From Biomphalaria pfeifferi (taxonomy: Eukaryota), in the NCBI GenBank assembly GCA_030265305.1, contig JASAOG010000080.1:1810630-1874629 (forward strand): DNA of 64,000 nt. The letters run 5' to 3'. The position numbers and the translations under genes were made by a program. A model generated the notes under the pieces. It was given only the letters and a program-made list of their open reading frames with translations. It did no database searches and was not told the DNA's origin. Positions 37,995-48,215 of the stretch are shown piece after piece (position 1 is the first letter of the stretch; the number at the start of each line of letters is the position of its first letter).

Positions 37995-38131
37995 CTCTGA
38001 TTGTCTTGTCTAATATAAGTTTGTGGGCCAATTTCTATCTTTGTGACATTTGTGTTCTGGTCCAAGACATGGATGTAATAGTAAGGTGGTATCCTGAAAA
38101 TGGCATTTTCCTCTTTCTTGGGCGCAGCCAT
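37995..38131 (-). CDS. MVP: MVP exon 1: [45 protein letters not shown](R)
   Basis: Kozak ttaataATGG. Donor AG|gtaagt. Human [36 protein letters not shown]. Confidence 0.9.
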
Positions 38132-39179
38132 TATTAAACAGAGCTCAGAGTCAAGAGTTCAATATTTCCTAATGAAAGTTGAGATCTAGAGAGTATCAAT
38201 AAGAATAATGTATGTCAAAAAAAAAAAAAACACAAAGATTTCAGTGCCATTTGACTTATGAAAAATGTGCTTTTTGTCTGCTCAAATTTTATAAATGGTG
38301 AACAATGCAGCATTTCAACATCGCTTCAAAATGCCATGTTTACCACTCTTCACCCTAAGCCTAAGTAAATCTACGATGTGTAATTTAGGCTTATAATGAA
38401 GTTATTCGTACTTCTAACATTACAGTAGCGTGATTACTAACACAATTCAGTCAACTGCTAATGTATAAGACCTAATATCAAGACATTATATACAAGTCTA
38501 CTCTAGATCTACAGACAATACAAAATCTAAAGCCAAGCAGCCAAATATATTGCATGGTCTGGTGACATGCCAACATGGTCATGCTAAAACGAGTTTTATC
38601 TGAATTTAATGACTAAATCAAAGTGGTTAACCACAGAAAAAAAATGTTGCAACACAATGAAAGTTGGTATGGATTCCATAATTTATCAATCAAATATTCA
38701 TTGATAATTGCATTGCCAATATCAACTGTATTTACTATATAGTATAACTAATAATAGTAATATATAGAGAGAGTATTATAGAGTCTAGCTGCCTAGATTT
38801 AAAAATAAAATAGAAATGATTTGTTACAAACGTTGCTTGGTTAACCAAGTGGATTCAAAATCTAGATCTAGATCTAGCAATGTCGTTAGATCTAATTCTA
38901 ATCAATCTAATCTTTTGACAAAACTATGACTATGACAGAATAATCACAATTCGGTTAGTGTTATAATTTTACCAGGACGTGTTTTCCGTGATAGAGCTGA
39001 AGAAGACCTGAAAGAGCAGGCTCTATTTTTAGAAACTTACTTCTTTACAATACCTAAGTTTCTAAAAGTAGCATACGCTTAACCTTGTGTTTAAAATCAA
39101 AAGAACGGATCATTGAGAAGCTCTAAAGTCTAATTTTAAAAATGGAAATTTCCGAGTTTCCTCTCTGGCCGAAAGACAA

Positions 39180-39370
39180 ATGCTCATATATTATAGACGT
39201 TACTTCAAAAAAGAAGAAAGATCTACGCATTTCATGTGTTAATCTAATCATTCATGCTAATCAATGACTTAAACTCTGCCAAGCCGTTGGTTTTCCCGAC
39301 TGATTCAGGCAACCCATTCCATTCTCTAATGGCACTAGTGACTAGGGGAAAGGATCTCGAGCCACTTTAA
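39180..39370 (+). mobile_element. Short interspersed element with cagacgttacttcaaaaaagaaga core (copy 1)
   Basis: About 75% identical to 40505-40700. Partial copies at 49705-49760, 52320-52350 and 54800-54870. Confidence 0.45.
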
Positions 39371-40504
39371 CTTAATAACATATCCAGATCCTATTACAGA
39401 AGGTCCAATGTCTAGTATTACTATTAGATCTATATAGATCTATTATAGACTAGATCTGTCAACGTGGTCTACGCTCGATGACCATATTGGCTACTCTGTT
39501 AACAAGAAAAACATTTTTAAAATACTTTTTTTTAAACTAGAAAAGTCTGAAAAGCATTTAAAATATCCCTACTTTTGAAAAAAAAAAGACAACATACATA
39601 GGACATAGATAATAATAATAATAATCTTTATTGTCCGTATGGAAATTTGTCTTACAATTTGTGCATTACACCAAACAAAAAACATTATAACTATAAGAAA
39701 CCAAAGTGTACATTCACACCAGACTCACGCATAATTTACATGTGACAAAGTTTATACCCAGATTGTTCTTATTTAATGATTTGATTGCTAGGGGAACAAA
39801 AGAGTGTGTCTGTTTGTCTAGATATACAGAACCGTATTATTGAATGAATGAATGTTTGATTAAAAAAACAAAAAAAAACATGGAATATTTTTATCCCATC
39901 TCCCTTTTTCCACTATGATGAAGAATATTTATTGGTTAAGCGAATGTAACGTATAATATAATCTAGATCTACTACATTTTATAATTCTCCAGTGATAGGC
40001 CTTTAGATCAAGACCCAAGGCCGCCGCGAGGGTTGTGGCCGCCTGCGTGCGAAATTAAAAACATGCCGCCCACCCCCTCTTTTTTTTTTTTAGAAAAAAA
40101 AATTCATTAAGACTTAAGACAGCTGGACACTGTACATAAAGCGCTTTTTTATTTAAAATCCACTTTTGTACCATTCCTTTTTCTTTCCATATTCGCATCG
40201 TTGTCGTATCCCCATTCCCTCTAAGATGTTTTATTTTCAATTTTAACTTTGCATTTTTGTAAAGAATGAAATGAAAAAGAAAAGAAACTTTCTTAATTAT
40301 AACATACTGTTTAGGTTTTATTTTTCATTTATATTTTTAACACTATGTATTGAATTCAAATTTAGGGAATGAAATTTCACTAAAATGAGTCAGTTTCACA
40401 GACCTACCAGTATATAATAGGCCCATGGTCAATTTTTGTTTTCCGAAATAGTGTTGCCTAAATAAATTGTAAGCGTTGTAAAAGTTTCTTCATGGAGATC
40501 TTAT

Positions 40505-40700
40505 CTTATCTTATATAATACAGACGTTACTTCAAAAAAGAAGATGATTACGTCCTACGCGTCATGCATTTAGTCATGCATATTAACCAATGACTTAAAT
40601 TCTGCCAAGTCACTGGTTTTTCTGGCTAGCTCAGGCAACCCATTCCATGCTCTAATAGCACCAGGGAAGAAGGAGTATTTGTACAAATTTGTCCTAGCAT
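40505..40700 (+). mobile_element. Same element family, copy 2
   Basis: acagacgttacttcaaaaaagaagatgattacgtcctacgcgtcatg...ggcaacccattccatgctctaat. Confidence 0.45.
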
Positions 40701-42331
40701 AGATAGAATTGAAGATGCGGAAGATTTTCGCTCAAGTTGGCAAGGGTTTTGATTCCGGGCGGGACTCGGCGCTAAGCGTCTTCTGGCCTTTTTCTCTTAG
40801 TAATAAGAGAGAATTTTAAAAAGGTTAATATTGATGTGTTTTCTTTCAGCGCGCACTAATCATCCTAAAAAAAGTAGAGGGCCATGTTTAATCTAATAAT
40901 AAAGAAACAGCCCTGGCCAATAGTACGCCTACATATTGCGCACGTACGTCTGTATGGGCGTGATCTTTTTAAAAATATTCTTCCTGTTAAGTAAGACGTC
41001 TCTGTCGTTGACGTTTTTTGTCACAAAGAAGTCTCTAATATAAAGTGCCATTGGATGAAGAAATTCGACTATTCTGAGACCACACAAAAATAAAAATCCA
41101 GAAGAATCACACTCAAATGTTTTCTTGAAAACGTTTTGACCAATATTGTTGCACACGGTGCCTTGCTAAAAGCGGTGAAAGGTCTTATTAGAAGATAACA
41201 CACCGTCTCCTACTTAATTAAGATATTTTAATTTTTGAAAATGTAATTTTCTAATATACAAATAAATTACACTGAAAATAAAACATTTTTTCGCAGCCGT
41301 CTCTCATTGTTGCTAGTTGGTCGTTGACTTGTCGCTACAAACAGCTAGTTCAAGTGAACCAATGAAGGCGTTTTATATTTTTACTAAATAAGCTTTAAAT
41401 AACTTGAACAAACCTCTTATGTGAACGAAAAATCAAAATAAATAACTGTTATTACAATTTTCACAGATTTAATTTTAGAGATCTAATATTAATGAAATTT
41501 ACTGATATTTAAACGAAATTCAGCTCACCACAAAATAACGACTATATTCTTTCATGTCTCAATATTGTCTGACATTTTACATTTGCACTTCCGGTATGCA
41601 AATTTCATCCTCTTAAATGCATAACCACCAATCAATCGCTTTACCTCTTCTTACCTCAGCCTAGGGAACACACACACTCTATAACACCTTTTGTCAGGAA
41701 GTTGCTCCCCTCCCAATTCTATGTAGAACGTGACAATGTTTTAAAATTGACTTTCTAATTTCTTGATCTACTTACAGGGCGGGCTATTCGACTCGAAACA
41801 AATAGTACAAACAACCTGCGAAAATTCAAGATCAGGAAATAGTCGGCGTTTATGAAAAAATCCGTGGGGATCCCTCGCGCGTCGCTTTTTTTTTCTTAAT
41901 TTTCTTAATAATTTCTTATTGTACAAATATCGTCTGTCTCCCTCCCCCACCCCCCAGTTTTCAAAGGATAATGGAATCAGTAGAATTTAAATAAAATATT
42001 TAAGTTTTTTATTAAACCAAAAATTTAAACAAAAATTATTCTTGGTATAATGTTTTGGACGCCCCTTACATTCGGTCGCCTGCGTGCAATGCACACATTG
42101 CACAATAGGTAGTGGCGGCCCTGTCAAGACCATAGATCAAGACATTGGAAGACGATGCTCGCAATGTTTTCTTTATTAATTTTTTAAAAACTATTTAATC
42201 AATGTAGAGAGAGAGAGAGAGTAGTCCTTAAGGGAATGCAAGCACGACATGGCCTAAATTGTGCCAATGTGCCTAAAATCAAAATCAAATCAAATCAATA
42301 TACGTTATATCGTAGTTTGAGTTCAACCTCC

Positions 42332-42395
42332 CCCCCCCGAAATAAAATTCCCCCCCCCCCCCCCCCCGAAGGAGGGGGGGGGGGATCGGAATTTA
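42332..42395. repeat. Poly-C (18) / poly-G (11) palindromic tract
   Basis: cctcccccccccgaaataaaattcccccccccccccccccgaaggagggggggggggatcgg. Confidence 0.9.
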
Positions 42396-42439
42396 GTCAC
42401 TGATTTTTTGCTTTGATTTTGTTTATTTTAGGTGAGATT

Positions 42440-43400
42440 TTAATACTAAACCATCACTTGCCCCAGCACAACCAAAGGGGTTTTGAGTTTAAAACCCCAT
42501 ACCAGGGGGTTTTGAGTTTAAAACTCCCTACCAGGGGGGTTCGAGTTTAAAACCCCTACCAGAGGGGTTCGAGTTTAAAACCCCATACCTGGGGGTTTTC
42601 GCAGTTAACTCCCCCTCTTCTATAAAACAAAACAAAAAAATGCAAACGAAAATCCCCTAATTTCAAGAGCACAGTTAAGGAAGATTATGATTTTAAAACC
42701 CCCTCTAAAATTTACGATAAACCCCCTCTTTAACATAAAAAAGCTAATTACGCACTCAAAATGTAATGAGCATAGTTAATTGGGTTTTGACTCGGTTTTG
42801 AGTTTAAATCCCACTTCAGCGGGGTTTGAAGGTAACAAATACCTCTTTAATAATAAATACAAAGCAAATTATACACTCAAAATGTTATGAGTGTAGTCAA
42901 AGGGTTTTAAGTTTAAACTCCCCTCCAGTGGAGTTTGAAGCTAAAAAGTACCTCTTTAATATAAATAAAAGCAAATTACTCACTCTAAAATCTATGAGCG
43001 TAGCCAAAGGGGTTTTGAGTTTAAACCCCCCGCCAGTGGGGTTTGAGGCTAAAAATACATCTTCAGTGTAAGAAAAAAAAGCAAATTACGCACTCAAAAT
43101 GCTATGAGCGTTGCCAAAAGAGGTTTTAAGTTTAAACCCCCATTCAGAGGGGTTCGATGCTAAAAATACCTCTTTAATATAAAAAAAAAAAGGAAAATTA
43201 CACACTAAAATTATTTGAGCGTAGCCAATCCAATTGGGGGTTTTGAGTTTAAACCCCTCTTCTACAGATGGCTTTTTAAAAAAATTAAAACCCCTCCAGA
43301 TGGTTTTGAGTTTAAGATCCCCCTACAGAGCATTTTGAGGTGGAAAACCCCCAACAAATGATTTTGACGATAAAACTTCTCTTTTCGATATAACATCTAA
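42440..43400 (+). repeat. Minisatellite array 1: five palindromic units of about 30 bp (ggggttttgagtttaaaacccc...) then about six units of about 115 bp
   Basis: Visible tandem periodicity. The long units each contain tatgagcgtagccaaaggggttttgagtttaaacccc...ggggtttgaggctaaaaatacctc. Confidence 0.85.
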
Positions 43401-43439
43401 AGCAAACTACAGTCACTTAATTCCAAGAGCGTATTCAAG

Positions 43440-43860
43440 AGAGGTTACACATTTTTACCAGTGGCAGGGCTCCATTAATAAACTGAAGTGAATAGTCATC
43501 TAACACTAAATGTGGCTCAACAAAGATGGCTAAGACAGATTTTAGGAGTCAGTTATAGAGATCGGGTCTAAATCAAGGAAATCCTATGCCGAACTGGGAG
43601 TCGACCCCTTAGTAAAATTGTGAGAGAGCGACGCAAGAGGTTTGCGGAACATGTTCTCCGACAAAATGAATTACGCATAAGAAGATTTGCAATGATATCC
43701 TAGTACAACTTGATGCCATTCATTCATGGAGGTCCTCATGGCAGGTGGGAAGAGGCTATAGACATTACCAGTGACAGATTTTTACGGAAACAGCTTGACG
43801 GCAAATGCGTCGAACGGCGCGGGAGGATCTAAGTCAGTAAGAATAGCACATTAGGTTTTT
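43440..43860 (+). mobile_element. RTE-like LINE ORF2 C-terminal fragment abutting array 1
   Basis: ...QQRWLRQILGVSYRDRV.IKEILCRTGSRPLSKIVRERRKRFAEHVLRQ... carries the RWRWIGHTLRK-type motif. Ends ggaggatctaag. Confidence 0.55.
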
Positions 43861-45179
43861 GAAATAGAACTTTTTAATAGCAGGAAAATGCACTGTAGAT
43901 ACCTCAGAATATGCATATTGTTGGCTTTCAATAACAGAAATAATGCTTGGCGGCGGGGCTTCGCCCCGCGCTGGGGAACTCCTAGACCCCCTTGCTAGTA
44001 ATGGCGGGGTATCTACAATTTTTCCACTAACTCATGGAAGAACCTATTCTAGGGCACAATAAACGTCTTCCGAAAGAATGAAGGGTCAGAATGTAATAAA
44101 GACTATGTACACACACATACATAAATACATATACAAAATATTTCGCGGGGGGGGGGAAATCTACCCCCTTAACCCCCCCCCTTTAGAAATTGAATAGAGG
44201 TATTGCAACACAAGAATACCATTTAAAATACTTTAATATTGTTATTTTTAAAGGCGATACCTCCTTAAGTACAATTTATAGAGCGATATCGTCGCAATAA
44301 ACTTTCCAAGACGATTCGAGTCCTAAAATAAATGGTAGGCCTACACCATAGACTTATATAGGTCTAGTAGCTATAGATCTATATAGGCTAAGTCTATGGC
44401 CTACACCTTTTTAATTTGACTTTGCAATTATACCATCGATATTACTTTATGGCAAAAATGCTAGAGTTTTAACTAAATATTTATATGTATAAGGGCCAAT
44501 TGTAAAAATATATAGTTATTAATTATTAACTCTAAATTTGATACTTAATAAAATACAGACTATTAGGCCTATAAATCATTACCACATATATAGACCTATG
44601 TATACTTTCAGTCTCTCTCTCTTTTGTCTCTTAATTGATTTCAAAATATTATACCGGGCTGGTACCAGAAAATATTTATTTATATGGTAAATACTTGTGT
44701 GGATTACTTAAACCAAAAATAATAATAATATAAGGCTTGTCGAATCTTTACGTACGAAGATTAATGAGGAGTGCATTACTATTTAATGTGGCTATACTAT
44801 ACGCAGCAGCCCCAGCTGCGATTTACATATTTTGCCACATTCAGTGCATACATAATATAACCATTGTCGATTTAGGTTCTCTTTTCGCCGTCTACGAGTT
44901 TGTCCCCGGCAGTGTATTTTCTTTTGCTCTCTTATGTGTATCCCTCGGCCTTTGACAGTGATAGCTGTTTTCCGAAGCTGCCTGCAGCCAGGTGCTCTCT
45001 TCTATGTCAGTTATTATTATAGAAATAAATTATAAAGATCTACGATTTTTAAATAAGCATTACACATTTATTTCCATCTAGATATATCTATTAGATTTAC
45101 ATGCAAGAGATGACTTAATTCTAGACCTAGAATCTAGCCTAGGGAAAAATCTAGATCTTGGATGTAGAATCTAGATTTG

Positions 45180-45405
45180 TACGCAGCCACTCCCCTTGAC
45201 CTGTAAAGTGTTATCTCAACAACGAGCGACAACTCTCGAAATTCATGTAATGTGTGTTCCTGGCTAGCTGTGTCAAAAGACCAATCCAAGGGGGTAAATT
45301 TTGTTTACATTCTTCTGTTCCCCCCTGAAAAAACCTAATTGTGGACTCTAGCGAATGTGTTAATGTTGCCAGATGTGTTGTGTTAGTTTACGCTGCAGAA
45401 GGAAA
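45180..45405 (+). promoter_or_regulatory. Candidate promoter of the HAD-like gene (CpG-containing, gaccaatcc CCAAT box about 45280)
   Basis: Local GC/CpG enrichment immediately 5' of the ATG within otherwise AT-rich DNA. Confidence 0.3.
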
Positions 45406-45704
45406 ATGGCATGTTCAGGAAGCAAGCCCAGTAAACAAGTAAAAGCCAGATTGGATTCCTTCGTGCTAGCATTAACGAAAAAAGGCATCAAGCTTCTAGC
45501 TATGGACTTTGACAAAACCCTAATCGACATTCATTCTGGGGGAACGTGGACAGAGAGTGTTGACAAGCTCGTCCCTCACGTTCGACCGTGCATGAGAGAT
45601 TTGTTGGAAGGAGCAGTCAATAAGGGAATATTTGTAGCTATTGTAACATACCATCGACAAGGATGGCTCATCAAAGATTTGCTTCACAAAGTTTTGCCAA
45701 AGAA
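45406..45704 (+). CDS. HAD-superfamily hydrolase-like protein, exon 1: MACSGSKPSKQVKARLDSFVLALTKKGIKLLAMDFDKTLIDIHSGGTWTESVDKLVPHVRPCMRDLLEGAVNKGIFVAIVTYHRQGWLIKDLLHKVLPK(K)
   Basis: Kozak gaaaATGG at 45406 (the ORF track starts at a weaker ATG, 45373). HAD motif I is DFDKTL (DxDxT). Donor AA|gtaagc at 45705. Local GC rise and a CCAAT box upstream. Confidence 0.65.
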
Positions 45705-47522
45705 GTAAGCTTTTACTTTAGACTTCAGATTCTAGTAATTATTAAATATTCTAGATCTAGTTTATATAGTTGTAAATAGTTTAATCATGAAAATTTTGAA
45801 AGTGAAGACGTTTATTTGTGTAACATTTTATTAAAAAAAACAACTAGAGATACTATACTATATATTAAATAATAATATATTATATATATATAATTATATA
45901 TAGATCTAGATCCCCTAGATTTATTCTATTCTATGTTATAATAATAAGGTCTAGATTATACTTCTAGAGTAGATCTAATCTTTTATAATTATAAAGTCTT
46001 TACTAATAATCAAAACTAAATAATTGTTCTTACTTGTCTTTTAAAAATAAAAAGAAATAAATGTAAAAACCTCATTAAGTTAGTGATTATGGTAGGACCC
46101 AGATCTAAGCAGTCATCTAACAGATTAACTTCAATTTTAAATTTTGGCTTTTCACAAATTTTGAAGATAATATGAAATATTTGGATACCTATCGAGACAA
46201 CATAAAAACCTTGTACAAGATACCTCCAAATGTCCACAAAAGAGATTGGATCCTAGTGCACTGATTATGCTTAGCATGAAACATGTACTGTACAAAAGTA
46301 ATTTAAAAGTATTTTTTGTTGTTAATGTTTGCATTCACTAGCAGAGGCACACAAGGTGAACAGGCCTTCTCAATAAATCCCTGACTTTAAAATCCTAAAT
46401 GGAGAATCATTGGCTTGATGGTTGAGCAGGCAGAAGAGGAAATTTTTTTTGAAGTTTGAAGATGAATACTTAACTGATTAACTGTTCTCAGCTAATTAGT
46501 GCTGACCATAAAAAAAACTGATTTAAAAAAAAAATTGACTACCATACTGTGGAAAAAATTTTTGTCTGTTTTCATGGAATTATACCAGGTAGCAATAGAG
46601 TTTCAACACCATTTCCTAGTAGAAAATACATATAAAATCTACCTCTTGATGACCTTTTTAAAAAATTAAGAAAAATCTAATTTGGAAAATTATCTAGAGC
46701 AAGTTATATATATATATATATATATACAATGTACATATCACAGGAAAGTCCTGGAATAGAATATTTAATAGCAAGATTATAAAAATGATGTTCACATTAA
46801 AATGACTAGGAAATGTCAATCATGAGACTCAACTTCGAAGTTTAATACATGATTTTTCCAAAGGTTTATAATTTTATTATCTCCTTCAGTGACTTTGGTT
46901 CATCTCATAGATAATCAGATGAAAGCCTGGTCATTGGAACAATGTCCCCCACACATTTTTTTTCCTTACAGCTTATGTGCCCAAAGGATTGATGCAGTTT
47001 GAGATCAGTGGCATCTCAGATTTTGCCATGGTTTAGCACTGTTGGTAGCAAGCTGCCTATGGTTCACTGGCTCCTGATTATTCTCAGGGTTGACTCCCAT
47101 ATTATATGAACAAATAGACTTATATGGGCTTTATATTAGAGCCTTTAAAATTATTTTTTTTTAATTTACTCCTTTAGTAGATTTTTTTTTTAAATTCTTA
47201 AAATCAAATACATCATTATTAGAAAACATTATGTTGTATTACATTCAGATCTTTTAACTCAGATTAGGACATAAATCTTTAAATTTTACTCTAAACAGAA
47301 TAAATCCAGCTGTAGACATTGCACCCACCCTTATGAAACTGTTAATCTTAGAATGCCTCAATTTCATTCACCTCAGATAGGCAACAACCTAGCATGATCA
47401 ACATGCAGTGTGATAGTGACCGTCTCTAGAAAGTTGTCATTTTACTGTATATTTCTCATTTGCATGCATTTTGGGTTTTACTTCTTCAATGTATTTTTTT
47501 TTTTTACTGTCAGATTCATATT

Positions 47523-47524
<2 letters not shown>

Positions 47525-47565
<41 letters not shown>
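47525..47565. repeat. (TA)n microsatellite in the HAD-like gene intron
   Basis: tatatatatatatatata... Confidence 0.95.
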
Positions 47566-47568
<3 letters not shown>

Positions 47569-47893
47569 CCATAGATTGAAAGGTCTGAAATGAAAGGGAT
47601 ACTTTACATTTACTTTTACTATATATATTTATATATATATGAATATATTTTTTTAGTGACTGATGGTAGGTTTTTAAAAAATGTGCTTGATAAATGAAAA
47701 CAATAATTGCCACAGGAGCTCTACAAACCTGCTAAAGCTTTCGTCCCATCTTCCCCTCCCCAGACATGAATATCTATGCTTATTCTCTTATCTGAGAGTT
47801 TGGCAGTCTTGTTTGTTTACATTCAATTGAATAATTCTCATTATACTGTTTTATTATTGGGTAAAATTAACTTTTTTTCGTTTGTATTTTCAG

Positions 47894-48215
47894 AGTCGCT
47901 AATAAAATCTATGTTCAAGGAAACACATCAGATTTCATGCAACGTCAGAGGTCACTAACTTCAGGGTTATCAGATTCTATTGCGGGAAGGTACGTTATGC
48001 CAGAGTTAAATGGCAAAGAGGCTCACATAACAGCTGTCTTAGAAGAGATCCAAAAGGAGCACAATGTCTCTTTGAAAAAGGATGAAATTCTTTTAATGGA
48101 TGATGACATGACTAATGTCCGCATTGCTTGCAACAATGGGCACTATGCCATGCTTGTCCAGCCATATGTTGACTATCCCACGTTTTCATCCTTTGAAACT
48201 ATGCTTGTACTTTGA
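47894..48215 (+). CDS. HAD-like protein, exon 2: (K)VANKIYVQGNTSDFMQRQRSLTSGLSDSIAGRYVMPELNGKEAHITAVLEEIQKEHNVSLKKDEILLMDDDMTNVRIACNNGHYAMLVQPYVDYPTFSSFETMLVL*
   Basis: Acceptor tgtattttcag|. In phase with exon 1; total 206 aa. HAD motif IV-like LLMDDDMTNV completes the fold only in the spliced model. TGA stop at 48213-48215. Confidence 0.65.

Larger units (their letters stand above)
25871..38131 (-). other. MVP: MVP (major vault protein) gene span, 15 coding exons, ATG at 38131-38129, TAA at 25873-25871
   Basis: Summed exon lengths are 2556 nt, or 851 aa with all phases consistent. Aligns to human MVP from [22 protein letters not shown] through the vault repeats, shoulder and cap-helix. Confidence 0.9.

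Noticed and set aside
40929-41156. 75-aa minus ORF upstream of MVP
   Set aside because: AT-rich intergenic DNA, no start context or homology. Nearby CpG dinucleotides (40720-40780, 40900-41000) noted but too scattered to call an island.
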